64,000 nucleotides of DNA from Eledone cirrhosa (GCA_964016885.1 OZ024743.1:299522001-299586000), one strand, 5' to 3'. Counted from the stretch's first letter, positions 1-13,215 are shown. Notes: generated by a model from the letters alone, not told the origin. Numbers and translations are program-made.

Positions 1-2450
1 AACCAAAACCATTTATCACATGGTGATTCCTAATCATTAAGTAACGCAGTTAAAATTGGCCACGCTCTAACATAGCACATAAATTAAGCAGATAACTTTA
101 CGCCTAAATACACCGCCCTGTAAACATTACACCGCTCTTCTGTTTGAATTTTCCGCTAGCTATCATAATTCTTCATGCTGTTATTATCAAGGTATTTTAT
201 GTTCTCTACTCCTGATTTTCCATTATGTTATAGTGAGTAACTTAATTAGTACTAAATATGAATTTACCTATTGCACATCTATTAATGCAAAAATTACGTA
301 ATTACTGTTGTGGCTTTTGGACTGCTTGTTTTTCTCTCTGTGTATGATGTGACATATAAGCAAAGTACGATTGTTTTTCTAATGTTTACACGAAATAATT
401 TATACTACCTTATGCCTCATAAGCCTAAAAACAACAACAAGAAAAAATACTTCTTCAATGTAATTACAACCGCTGGCTATGTAATTACGTCCAGTCGCTT
501 CACTTTCTTTCTTCATTGCTTGTTTATTCAGTACTTGTAAATGCTAATGTTTTTGATACGTGTTTTCGATGAATTGAATCCCTCTTAATGATCCTGTTGA
601 TATGCAGGATTGTGTGAATAATCGTTAATTAATTATATCTGAATGACTCGTTGTTTGAAGATACATACAACCTTATGATCTGTATAGAAACGATTGTAGA
701 TATTATAGATAGATTTTATTTAAAATCTTGGTTCTCTTCACTATAATTATTGATGTTCTGCTGGCCTCACTGTCCTCAACAGCAAGAACTTTAAACTTCG
801 GAAAACTATTTCTTTTATTTGAAATGTTTACGTACCTATGGGTCTATTACAAACTGAACATGCCCAAGTTGATATACATTCGGATCGATTCCAAACCTAC
901 GTTGAAGCCTTATTTGCTCGTGTTAATTATGCTTTCAATTGACTGGAGAATCATTATTATAACGAAATAGCTGTTTCTCCACCTGTCTTTAATTAGGATT
1001 GTAGGAGTGAAAATTGGAGCATCCTCTTTTTTATGTTGAAAGGAGGGCGAGGTAACTTATGTCATGCGTATAGTTCATTGCAAACCTAAGAATCTACATG
1101 GGTTAGAGTTAATAAGGTAAAGATGTATAGGAGGGGGTGAGGAGCCACTGTTGAAGTGACACTTTGTTCTAGTGAATATGATACACATACAGAAAAACAT
1201 CTATCTACAACTATGTACAAACACATACATACTTCCACGCATACATAAATACTTCCACGCATACATAAATACATCCATATGCATGTGTCCCAGTTAATAT
1301 TGTTTGCCAATTAATTATGTTTATCGTAGATGTTTATCATAATACATGATATACAGACTGTTAGCCCAATAGCAAAGATATGACTTATATTTGAGAAAGG
1401 TGAGGTCATATTTAATGTTCTTCTGTTAAACCTTTTCGCAGTGTTCAGTCGATGGAACATTATACTTTTAACATATATCAGTATGTTGTTGCATGCCTGG
1501 CATTCTTGTGCATTTGTGTGTTGATATGTGCTATTGAAGACGTGTGCATAAGAGAGCTCTTGGATATAAAATGGTTCTTGTGGATGATAATTGAAATTAC
1601 CTTGATGTAGGCTTGAATGAGAGCTTATACAGTTATGTGTGCCTGTGTATGTTTTTGTGATGAGAGCGGGAACGTATATGAATTTAGGTGTCTATATATA
1701 TGTGTGTGGACGTCATGAGGGTTATGTCAATTGTTTAAGTTATAAGTGTAGATATATTCATATGTATCTGTACCTAAATTCATATCTGAATTTGTGTATT
1801 TTAGTGTGTGTATTTATTTCATGACAGCACATTTCCCTTTCCCTCTCTTAGTAGTTAATGGAAATGTTGCATGGTTGTCAACAATCACTCCAGTAAAACC
1901 ATGCAATCTAGTGATTGGATTGGCATTCGGCCCTTTGGACCATTATACCTAACCCTAAAATTTATTCAGTCAGGCACACACGTAATATCTGGATCTTTTA
2001 TTCACCTTTCCAACGATATATGCGCGCACACATTCACACACGATCCTATCAACGCTAAATGTCAAGTGCATTCAGAGCAATGACAACCACTCATAATTTC
2101 CTGGTATTTATACAAATAGATATACATTTTCAGCCACAATATATATACACATTATCTTCATCGACCGGCATAGGAACTGAATGCAAAATGTGTTGTGGGT
2201 GTTGAAAAATTCGACTATGCTGTCTGTTGATTAAAACTGGGTGGAAATAGCGTTAATCCTAATAGCATTCAATGTCTAAATTCTTACACAAAATGCTCAA
2301 CAAATTCCTAATTCTTAAGTTAAGTCACTGTTTATTAAAACGTCATCCAAATACTCCCGGTATACGGCAGATAGTAAGCAACTGTCTGCGTATACATACA
2401 TACTTTTATATATATATATATATATACGATATAATGAACGATATATATAT

Positions 2451-2822
2451 ATATTGAAAGAGTGAAGAATAACATGGTCAACAGTACAAAAAAGGGTTTT
2501 ATTTACAATTGTTTCACCGATTAAGTTGTCTAAAAATTGCTGAACACTTGAAGCTGTGCCACTCAATTTTAAATACGTTGTTAGATTAACCAGATCATCA
2601 GAGAAACTGTTAAAATATGTTCAGTTTTCACGAATTCAAATTACAGCATCTTAACAGTTTCTCTGATGATCTGGTTAAGCTAACAATGTATTTAAAATTG
2701 AGTGGCACAGCTTCAAGTGTTCAGCAATTTTTAGATAACTTAATCAGTGAAACAATTGTTAGAATGTAAATAAAACCCTTTTCTTGTACTGTAGACAAAA
2801 TTATTCTTCACTCTTTCAATAT
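2451..2822. repeat. Fold-back inverted repeat (arms ~2451-2613 and ~2651-2822), each arm carrying a hammerhead motif
   Basis: atattgaaagagtgaagaata...gagaaactgttaa is the reverse complement of ttaacagtttctc...tattcttcactctttcaatat, with a few substitutions and a small indel. Confidence 0.9.
2659..2764 (+). ncRNA. Type I hammerhead ribozyme with extended stem II
   Basis: ttct-CTGATGA-tctggttaag...cttaatcagt-GAAA-caattg-TT-agaa; palindromic stem III acaattgt; 79 nt between the core boxes. Confidence 0.7.
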
Positions 2823-5086
2823 TATTACTCCAAGATAAACTTACATAGGAATGCAAGAAAACTCATAAACTCGCATTCTACGTAAACCCCTTATTGAGTC
2901 AAACAACGCCGTACGCTAAAAATATCCACAATAAGAAGTATTCACAACCTCTAACAGGATTACCTATAACGATATTTTGTTATCTCTTATATATATACAG
3001 AGAAACATGCATGCACACACACACAAGCATACAAAGTTGCACGCATATGCATCTCTCATTGTCATGTCATTTTATTAGTCAAGGAAGGCTGTATCAACTC
3101 ACATTAAAATTCTAAACTTTAACTATATCAAGGGCGGCGCCAGATGGCTGGAACAGGTAAAAGAGTAAAAGAGTATGAACTATAAATTGTAAATATAAGG
3201 GATTATGACTGTTATGTTGGTGGTAAGGGTGAATCATGAGAGTGACAGGCATAAGGCTTTGCATTATTCCCTGTATCTTTTTACACCCTGAGTTCAAGTT
3301 TCGTCAAGTTCAGCTTGCATTCATTCTCAAAGTGTAGTTTATGATAAATTCAGAAGTAATTATCACAAGTTTGAAAAATATATGGTGATAATATTAATGG
3401 GAATGTTTAAGCCTGTGTATGTTGGAATTTATGACGGACATATTTAAGAGCATGTCTCTTCTCTAGGTAACACACAAAGAGTTGGTCAGTACTCTTACCA
3501 CAGGTCGGAATCCCTTCTTAACATAGAACCGTCCTGACTGTGGTATCATTATCATAGCAAATTTGGAAAGATTAGGCTACCTCTTACTGAGTTAATACAG
3601 CAGGCTATTCTAAGCCTGCCTGTAAGTTAATCATTTCCTTCATAAAACAAACATGTATTGTATACAGAATAACATCACATGGCTGAATAATCTAATTGGC
3701 AATGATTATTCTAAGCGAATAAAATAATCTGTTAATACCGTCATAAACAGAATAATGACGATTGGAGAAAATTTTGATTTGAACTTCTTTAATATCGATG
3801 AAGTCAGGTTTAGGAAACGACACAGGTCAACTTTAGCTATATTTTGATGATATAGTTTGACTATATATAAAGTAATGATACTTTTAACCCTGAAAATATT
3901 GTCAGTTAACCAATATAACTGCATTAGCACCGAATTGCATTTCATGAATACATTCAGTGGATAAGGAATATCATTATGATTTACGGTCACATCGGTAGGC
4001 AAAGGAAGTTTGCTGTTGCATAAATAAAACCACACAATTAATCAATTCAAATTGTTGTTAAAGATTGCCCTATGAAGGCCATTTTACTTTCATGTTCAGG
4101 AGTAGCCTTTCAAATTGTTCATCATTTTATTTGCATAATTGCGGAAATAGCCTATCATTAATGAAAGAGGACTTAATAAAATTTAGTGATGTTATTACAA
4201 ACTGTAATATGAAATGGAATTGTTTAGTAATATATTTAACAGCAAGAAGATGACTGTGATCATACAGTGAAACGTAAACAAAGAGCATGCCTTTCTTCGT
4301 ATATGCAATAAAGCCTTGACGTCTACTTCTCGTGGCAGGAGCGCTTTTAGTTGCTCAGGCAATTATGTTGGACAACGAAATTGATTTTTCTGTTAGATAA
4401 TCGTTTAGAATCTCAAATATTGTAAACCTTTTATAAACTTTTGTCATTAATAGCGTAAATAACATACAGCATTACGCACTGTGATCAACAGAATGCACAT
4501 ATCGCGAAAGTAGTGGTTCGTAACATCTCAAAGTAATTCAATCAATTTTCAGTGCAAACTGCTTCTCCTGCAGAAAATCGAATCTCTCTTCTATTGCGAA
4601 ACACTTTATATATACATCTTCCAACAATATCGCTATTGATATATTTATATGGGTATTGTGTAAAACAGTAGAAAATATTGCTAAAGCAATCGGTAGAACT
4701 GGTGATTGATGGCATCTATGTGGCGTTTCCAACTATATATGATCCTTTATAACTATTTATGATCCTTGATAATCAGCAATAACACCATCTTCAAATCATT
4801 TGATTATAAATGAAATATAATCAGGTAATATATGTTGTATCTGAAGATTTTCCTTCAAATGTGTATAATATAAATATTTGTTGCTGCGCCGTTTGTAAGT
4901 ATGGTCTTAGAATACTGATTGGTTTGCGGTTTCGTTGGAAGAAAGAACATACTGGGATGCGAAATATTAGGCAATATGTGAACTAGAGAAAAGTGAACAA
5001 AGTGATAATGCAAATATTCAACTGTTTACTGATATCTAATACAAGCAGAGGATCAGTTAGTTTAAGAGAAGGGTAATTTAAATGAG

Positions 5087-5245
5087 CCTCACTACATGAC
5101 TGGTGCTTAATTGTATCGGTCCCAAAAGAATTAAAAAAACTAAGTTAAATTCAGTGGGATAAGAACTAAGAACATTAAGAGCCAGAAAAGATACCGCAAT
5201 GGCATTTGATCCGACGCTCCAGCAATTCTGTATACTCACACCCTT
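5087..5245 (-). mobile_element. Degenerate tRNA-derived SINE, family A
   Basis: Diverged match to the 49204-49396 copy (ctggtgcttaattgtatcggtccc...gaactaagaac...ccgacgctc). Confidence 0.6.
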
Positions 5246-6319
5246 ATTCGACTGAATATTAGTTTACTTTATTGCCTCTTGGAAATTTTGGAGTAGTTCT
5301 GTCAAATAAAAAATATAAAAGCATACTTTATTACGAATCTTGTTATATATCTCACATGCTCTATCTATAAAGATAATCATTAATATCTCCTCTATTCATC
5401 CAGAAGACAATTATATGCTGCATGATGTAGATCAAATGGATTTATTATTTTAATAAAAAAATAATGTGAAAGTGCCAATTCTGTAAATATATTTACAGAA
5501 AGGATTTCTTCCTAAATCCAAGGGTAATCAGATTTCAATAGTTAAATCTAATTGAAATTAAGTTTCTATTCTCGATTCGGATTTCATGTAACGCCATAAG
5601 GTGACCTTATCCTGATTCTGAGAAATACTGCTCCATATGACTGTAAATACTATTATATATTAACAGTTGCACTGGGGTAATTGCTGATCTTGTGCCAAAA
5701 GTAGAACCAATTATATATTAACACACGCATTCAGCTAAACCCATTTACAGGCATATTGAGGGAATATCAACAATATGCATTTGAATTAAAAACATGGAAA
5801 TTGATTATATATAAATCTAAAGGTGGTAAGAATTACAAAAGCATGCACAGATTTAATGTTTGTAAATGACAGATATAACAGATATATATATATATATGCT
5901 TTCGAATTGATAGCTTTATGCATAAGCGAAATATATACATTCATTTTTACTTTAAAATACGCATTTTAAACCTAAGCCCACGTAAACATGGCGCTTTAAT
6001 CATATTTGTAGCACGTGATTGCTGTAATAGCACCTACTTAAGCAGCAATACATATGTTCAGAATTCTGTATTCCCTGAATACAATCGCACACTTGTCACT
6101 TCTTGGAAATATTTTGTGAGGACGATTTTATGAGATGTAAAATTTTAAACATAAAGTCATGGGTAAAAGGTCATACAATGATTATATATATATATATAGG
6201 ATTAAAAATACGCACACCCTAATATATATTAAAGAGGGGGTATATATAGAGAGAGGGAGGCAAGAAAAGAGAGTAGCATTAACATAAATCAGGTGTAAAA
6301 TAAATGTACATTCATACTT

Positions 6320-6720
6320 ATATACATACATGGGGATTGCTTTATCTTTGCAGATGATTGTCATTTCCCTATGCCCCCCATCAACCATCACTAACTCCAA
6401 ACGTCTGTTCATGCCTCTTGGGTGGCTTTTAAATCCATGTGCAGATTTGAAGCGAATGTGACAGAAAAAAGATGTGCTCTCTAATGGGTTGATTGGGTCA
6501 GTGTGTGGGATGTCATCCTTATGTACCTTCGTATAGCTTGTAAGACCTGAAATTGATTTGCAGATTGTTTTGCTCACCACGCATGCTGTCTCACCCAGGG
6601 ATACTGCTGGGATATTACTGCTACACACAGAGTTGGCTTTTCATGCGATTTTCAATGGATGATGTGCCCATATTTAGAGACGGTTGCGATTATCGGTGTT
6701 CTTGGTTATATACATACCTG
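6320..6720 (-). mobile_element. Degenerate 3' end of an RTE-clade LINE
   Basis: Minus-strand translation has two decayed C-terminal Zn-finger-like motifs (KTICKSISGLTSYTKVH; FKSAHGFKSHPR), then a short hairpin and a (TATG)n-like tail. Confidence 0.6.
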
Positions 6721-6800
6721 CTTTTAAAAAAAGTGTGATACACTGGGCTATATTAAACCATAAAAACAATACATTTAAATAAAAATATATGTGTCCAAAT

Positions 6801-6988
6801 AATAATTCTTTCTACTTTTGGCAGAAAGCCAGCAATTAGCCAGTGCATTACTGGTACTTTATTTTATCGACCCCGTAAGGATGAAAGGCAAAGTTAAACT
6901 CGACGGGATTTGAACTCAGAATGGAAAGGGCCGTAACTCTATGCGTCAAAGCATGGCGTCCAACCCTCTACCGATACTCTGCCAATCC
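6801..6988 (-). mobile_element. tRNA-derived SINE, family A
   Basis: Reverse complement has head gattggcagagtatcggtagagg, B box gagttcaaatccc and central tttgcctttcatccttacggggtcgataaaataaagtaccag. Confidence 0.9.
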
Positions 6989-6996
6989 ATAAAGAA

Positions 6997-7073
<77 letters not shown>

Positions 7074-7079
<6 letters not shown>

Positions 7080-7508
7080 CATACATACATACATACATGG
7101 TGGCTGCCAACTCGTTTTCGAGTACGGCCACTACTTTATATCTATGTAGGAGAACCCCTACCGATGCACTGAACGAGTGTGACTTTTTAGTCCAGCCAGC
7201 GACTTAAACTCTGGTACAAACACTACACTTGTGACAATTATTGACACATAGTGCCGGGCCAATGGTACCATGTGACGACAAGTGCAGAGAGATCTCCAGA
7301 TATAAAGCAATGCCTGTGCCGTGAAGCTTTTATAGTGAGCAAAGGCACTGCACAAAGCCAGTCCCACTCTCTTAACCAGGATGATATTTACCAAAAAGAA
7401 GAACAAGTCAACATCATTGGATACCTTCAGGGTTGCAGGTGTTATATCAGAGTTTTCCTTCTCCTAGAATTCTGCCTTGACAAAGGCTAAGGGGTCATCT
7501 CTCCCGGA
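7074..7508 (-). mobile_element. Non-autonomous RTE-derived retroposon (5'UTR-like part fused to RTE 3' end, (TATG)n tail), copy 1
   Basis: Minus strand: ctaggagaaggaaaactctga near the 5' end, FKSLAGLKSH motif, actcg-aaaa-cgagt hairpin, then atgtatgtatg; near-identical to 32774-33172. Confidence 0.75.
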
Positions 7509-8179
7509 TATATATATGTATATATATATACACACTCATGCACATATACATATATGTATATATACACACACGTACATATATATACATACCCACGTATACA
7601 CACATACATGTATATAAACATATATGCATACATATATACATGCACATACACATATATGTACACACATACATGTACATATACACACATGTATACATATATA
7701 TACGTATACACATACATACGTATATATATATATGCACATACACACATGTACACACATATATACGTACACACATATACATGCACATATATATATACGCATA
7801 TATATATATACATACACACACATACACACACATACACACACATATACATACATATACATATATACATATACACATATACATACACACACATACACATACA
7901 TACACACATATATACACACATATACACACACATATATATATACATATACACACACATACATATATATACATACACACACATATACACACATACATATATA
8001 CATATATATACACATACATATACATACATATATACACACATATACACATATACACATACATATATATATATACACACATATACACACATATACATGGATG
8101 GCCATACATACATACATACATACATACATACATACATACATACATACATACATACATACATACATACATACACATATAT
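7509..8179. repeat. Compound (TA/CA/TACA)n microsatellite
   Basis: Directly visible; source of spurious IY/CV/HT ORFs in all six frames. Confidence 0.97.
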
Positions 8180-8182
8180 AAT

Positions 8183-8680
8183 CGCATTTCGGCGAGTAGA
8201 AATTAGCGAAGCGCAACTTCCGATTTGTATTGAAGATACCAGAGCAATAAACATAAGTTAAAAAGGCCATACAAACTAAGACGATGGTTAAGAAGCCGTT
8301 AACCACCTAAGCCAAAAAAGCGAGCGCACTAAGCGTGTCAAACAAAATGATGGTAAAATCCGATACAGGGTTTCAGCGACACCTAAATCAATAATACTGT
8401 CTGATTAAAAAAATAATAAGCTTTTGGTATAATGATCGAACAAGGATATATCTTTCTCAAAAGACATTTTGTTCTGCGCGAGGATCTCTCAGTGATTTGA
8501 AAGTACATGTGAACTCCAAAGGGGAGAAAACCCCTAGTATTAGCAAATGAATTTAGTACGTGTAGTCATTGCAAAAATTGCAAAAATTGCACAAAACGAA
8601 TTAAGCTCTCGGCCGAGTAGTTTTTAAAATAGACTTAAGCGATTAATCAGTCAATAGAATTAACTAACAAAATCAAATAT
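8183..8680. repeat. Unclassified dispersed repeat (inverted copy at ~20787-21277; its end is also duplicated in inverted form at ~9025-9124)
   Basis: cgcatttcggcgagtagaaattagcgaa matches ttcgctaattcctacccgccgaaatgcg; cttaagcgattaatcagt is shared. Confidence 0.8.
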
Positions 8681-8826
8681 ATATATATATTAAAATAACA
8701 CCTTAAGGGTGAAAGCAGCGATTCTTTGCTTAAACTTTAATCTGTTATTTTAATAAATATAATAAATATTATAATAAATATAATATAAAAAATAAAAATA
8801 AAAAATATAATATATTAAATCAAATA

Positions 8827-8925
<99 letters not shown>

Positions 8926-9813
8926 CATATATATATTTATTAAAATAACAGATTAAAGTTTAATCAAAGGGTGAAAGCAGCCATTATTTGATCTGTTATT
9001 TTAATATATATATGATTTTTTTTAATTTAATTATATTGACTGATTAATCGCTTAAGTTTATTCTAAAAACTACTCGGTCGAGAGCTTAATTTGCCTTGTG
9101 CTATTTTTGCAATTTTTGCAATGATGTATATATGGCGTATATATATCACTTTCAGCTTATATTTGGAGTCTAAAAGACAACCACACCCAATATAAGTTAC
9201 ACTGGGAGATCCTAGCTAGGGCTAGATCATATAACGGAAATAAAAGACCATGTGACCTCTGCGCCGCTGAGGCCCTGGAAATACTCTACGCCAAAGAGCA
9301 CATCTTAAACAAAAAATCTGAGTCAATTTCGGATTGTAAACAGAAATTGCACAAAACTTTCCTGTATTACAGCCCCACATTATTCCCTAACGGATAGTAC
9401 GAACTATACGCGGATATTTTACGTCTTAATGTGGTAGCTAAGTATATTTTATGTTTATACCATTACTTATTTGTATAGGTAAGTATATATTACCTGTATG
9501 TTTTGAGAAGGTACGTATACTTTCTCGTACGTATATTTACTTGTATATGTTATGGCGTATATATTATTTATTCTGGTACGTGTGCGTTTGGTTATGTGTA
9601 TACGGGTGTTTTGCGTCTGTGTGAGTATGCGGGTCGTACGTATGTAGGGTGTGTGTATATGTGTACTTTGTATTTTGGTCGACGTACGTCTGCGAACATA
9701 TGTGTATTTACATGTAGGTATGTGTGCACGCGCGTTATATACGTATTTATTTATTTATTTATTTATATACGTTTATTTAATAATATGTATACACGCACAC
9801 ACATATATATATA

Positions 9814-10564
9814 TATATTTAATTACCGTGTCTATATTCTGCCTTCCATAGGTTATAGATTCCATACACTGGTGGTTTTTCCCTGTTTTATTGATGGCGC
9901 ACTGTATCTATATCTGGTGTGTTACATTTTCAACATATTGTATTCTAAATTACCCGGGATTTCCTCTCATTTGAGCACATTATTTACAGCGAACGGTGAG
10001 AGTCTATGGCTCCGTTAATGTATCGTGATATTTCCCTCCTTATAACAGTCTTTCCTCTCTCTCTGTTTAGTTGAGCACACTTCTCTGAGTCGTTTTGGGC
10101 TTCCCTTTCTAGTAGCTCGTACCTCAGAGACCACTGGTTCACTGCCCTTAAACACGCTGTAACTTCTCTCTCCCACGTGTAGTTGGACGGTCGCTTTAAA
10201 AATTCTCTTAGTGTTGTCTGAAATATATAGCCTAACACACGCTGATGAACCTGGGTTATTTCACTTCTCTCAACAACTTAATGGCGAAACAGATCACTTC
10301 GGATTTGTACGTGTGTTATATAGTTATAGAGGTATTTATTTACGCTTTACTTTATATTTTTAATTATCATGTCTATATTCTGCCTTCCATAGGTTATAGA
10401 TTCCATACACTGGTGGTTTTTCCCTGTTTTATTGATGGCGCACTCTATCTCTCTCTGGTGTGTTAACTTTTCAACATATTGTATTCTAAAGTGCCCGGCA
10501 TTTCCTCTCCTTTGAGCACATTATTTACAGGGAATGGCGAGAGTCTATGGCTCCGTTAATGTAT
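9814..10564 (+). mobile_element. Non-coding pLTR/retrozyme-like unit: ~210 bp direct repeats (9814-10023, 10353-10564) flanking a hammerhead
   Basis: gtctatattctgccttccataggttatagattcc...gagtctatggctccgttaatgtat occurs twice, with the HHR between the copies. Confidence 0.75.
10233..10318 (+). ncRNA. Type I hammerhead ribozyme
   Basis: taacacacg-CTGATGA-stem II-GAAA-cagatc acttcg gatttg-TA-cgtgtgtta; 9 bp stem I, full stem III, GUA cleavage triplet. Confidence 0.88.
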
Positions 10565-10911
10565 GGTGATATATTTTTTTATATATATATGTATGTGTAT
10601 TTGGTGTATACGTTCGTATGTGTGCGGGTACAGGCGTTGCGTGGGTTCTGTATGTGCGTGCGGATTTTTGTTATGTACGTGCTTGTATTTGTTTACCTAT
10701 GACAGTGTTTTCGCGTATGCTTGTGTATGCACCTATATGGATGCGTCTATGTATTTATTTAATTTCAATTACCTCTCTATTTTATTTACTTTATTCTTAA
10801 CTCTGAAGTCGAGAATCATTCGGTTTCCTAGTTAGAATTTTAATCTACGACTTCAGTTATACCATTTACGTGGTTTTGTCTTTGCGTGCTATTGATAATG
10901 ACGTATTCCAC

Positions 10912-11080
10912 ATAATTGTTTCTACTTTAGGCACAAGGCCAGCAATTACCAGTGCATTACTGGTACTTTATTTTATCGACCCTGTATCGGCGGGATTTGA
11001 ACTCAGATCGTAAAGGGACGTAACTATGCTGGAAAGCATGGCGTCCAACCCTCTACCGATACTGCCAATCCACCACCCTT
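10912..11080 (-). mobile_element. tRNA-derived SINE, family A
   Basis: Matches the family; flanked by a duplicated tgacgtattccacataat (target-site duplication). Confidence 0.9.
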
Positions 11081-11368
11081 GACGTATTCCACATAATGAC
11101 GTATTATCTGCGTTTTTTTATTTTATTGCCAGAGAACGTCTCCATGAACCATCTAATAGAATATTAGTCTACGACTTAATTTATACCATAACGTAGTTTT
11201 GTCTTTGCGTGTAATTGTCTTCACCGCTCCAAATAATGACGTATTATATTCGTTTTTTTCGTTCTTTGCCAGGGAACGTTTCCACGAGCCAAAGTATCGT
11301 CTTCCTGTCTTCCTCCGGTTGCAACGTTTTTTGAAATATTTACTTCTGGGTTCACAGATTGACTTTTT

Positions 11369-11419
11369 AGTTTCAGAAGATCCCGTTAAGGGTGAAAGCA
11401 GCGATTCTTTGCTTAAACT
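11369..11419 (+). ncRNA. Hammerhead-like motif with variant core CAGAAGA
   Basis: agttt-CAGAAGA-tccc gttaa gggt-GAAA-gca gcgattctt tgc-TT-aaact; all three stems can pair. Confidence 0.65.
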
Positions 11420-11559
11420 TTAATCTGTTGTTTTAATAAATATTTGTTCTACGGTTCTTATATATTTGATATATATTTAGCCTTATCGAGCCCTCTTTGG
11501 ATTTTAGTCTTCAAATTTATTATTATTACTATTTGGCTCCCTCGGTTGAGCACTCTATT

Positions 11560-12340
11560 GACTTATATTCATCATACAGAAACAACATCTGAATATTTCT
11601 ACAAAGAACATACCTGTACCAAGCAGGAAAAATACCTAAAACTCCTGATACAGAAAAACGACGCGTTCATTAAAAGTTTGCGTTGGCGTGCCTTTTATTT
11701 CGATAATCAGGGAAAAGCAGACAACAAACAGGATAAATTTGGGTTTAAAACCTATAATAACCCTCCGACTAACCCAGCATTGCTACCCTACGAAAATGAT
11801 GTCTTGGAACTAATACGGAGTATCAAATTTCGGAATAGGAGCAATTCCTTCCAGCAGGACCTGAAGAATAGAATTCGTTCTATTAAGGATTCTAATGCCG
11901 TGCACGTCCACTCCGACAAAACTGGCAACCTATATCAAGTGGAGCGCAGTACTTACCATCAACTGCTACATAATGATGTAACTAAGGATTACTGTAAAAC
12001 TAATCGGAGCGTCATTAATGAAATCAACCGATGCTGGGTTTAAAATCACCTCTGATCTCAACATCCTGGACCGGCCTGAACTTCTGGACCCTGGTTCTCC
12101 ACACTTTACACTGAAGGATTACAAATCCAATTTTCCGAACAACCCTACTATTCGGCTTATTAACCCTACGAAGTCCGATTTAGAAGTCCGAAATTAGAAG
12201 TTTGGCCCTTCTTGCACCGTTGAACAATTCTTTCGCGGTGATTGATTGGTTCAACGCCATATGCAACAATGAACATTGCCGTTTTATCCAATTCGACATC
12301 TATAATTACTACACCTCCATCACTTTACCCCTTCTGAACC
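11560..12340 (+). pseudogene. Penelope-like (Naiad-type) N-terminal/RT fragment, frameshifted
   Basis: KNIPVP, FIKSLRWRAFYF, FGFKT..PP, NSFQQDL, SDKTGNLY, then TLKDYKSNFPNNPTIRLINPTKSD and FIQFDIYNYYTSI in shifted frames. Confidence 0.85.
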
Positions 12341-12436
12341 ATATATATATATATATATATATATGGTTCATTTGTGTGTGTACATAAACACATTCGCTCG
12401 AAACACACGCCCCCCCCCCCCCACACACACACAAAC

Positions 12437-12506
<70 letters not shown>

Positions 12507-12560
12507 ACACACATATATATATATATATAGGAGTAGTTCGACAACAGTTAGTTCACCATT

Positions 12561-12603
12561 ACCGAGAACGATTGGTTCACCTTATTCGGATCATCAGCTC
12601 GGT
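12561..12603 (-). ncRNA. Degenerate minimal hammerhead (GAAA>GAAC); decayed inverted copy at ~12908-12975
   Basis: Reverse complement: accgag-CTGATGA-tcc gaataa ggt-GAAC-caatcg-TT-ctcggt. Confidence 0.6.
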
Positions 12604-13028
12604 TTAAATAGCATTATTACGTAATCAAGATTACGTTATAGTGCTTGTCTAAATTAAAGGAATGAACTTATTCCACGCTGTCCACACGTCTCAAATCACC
12701 TATTACGTAATTACAAAGCTCCAAAATGACTAGCATGGACAATCCGTAACATTCTGGACTGAATAACATGAATAACATATAATTATTCCGACCATACACA
12801 GTTATCTCCCTCACATCGATCGATCAAGAGTCTACTTCCCCTTTGGGAAGTAACAGTGTCTGCACATGCGTATTCGTCCAGCTGTTTTTGCTTTTCCATA
12901 CAGCCTCATTTAAACCGAACTGAATAAGGTGTAACAATTGTTTACAGTAATGGTGAACTAACTGTTGTGGAAGTAGTTTTATCAACCTCGTCCCATGGAC
13001 TGTGTTATATAACCCACCAGTGATCGAC

Positions 13029-13089
<61 letters not shown>

Positions 13090-13135
13090 TAAATGGATAC
13101 AGAGTCATATATTATAAATAGAGATCCACCAGCCT

Positions 13136-13184
<49 letters not shown>

Positions 13185-13215
13185 TAAGATCAAAAATGGT
13201 TAAAAGAGTTCCATG

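Larger units (their letters stand above)
10795..11535 (+). mobile_element. PLE pLTR-like repeat family C, interrupted by a SINE; other pieces at 8690-8760, 8940-9005, 18120-18232, 30725-30920, 46236-46740
   Basis: Shared ttaagggtgaaagcagcgattctttgcttaaactttaatctg and ctacggttcttatatatttgatatatattt; lies directly upstream of a PLE RT fragment. Confidence 0.75.

Noticed and set aside
2272-2392. HPNTPGIRQIVSNC resembling the PLE RT motif HKPxxPxRPIVS
   Set aside because: Too short, with no neighbouring RT motifs
3706-4732. Short ORFs in non-repetitive-looking sequence
   Set aside because: No recognisable domain or splice structure; lengths expected by chance
7487-8306. Long ORFs in all six frames (also 22307-22696, 23610-24237, 27647-28201, 53105-54554, 59657-60210)
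   Set aside because: Translations of TA/CA/TG microsatellites, which lack stop codons; not genes
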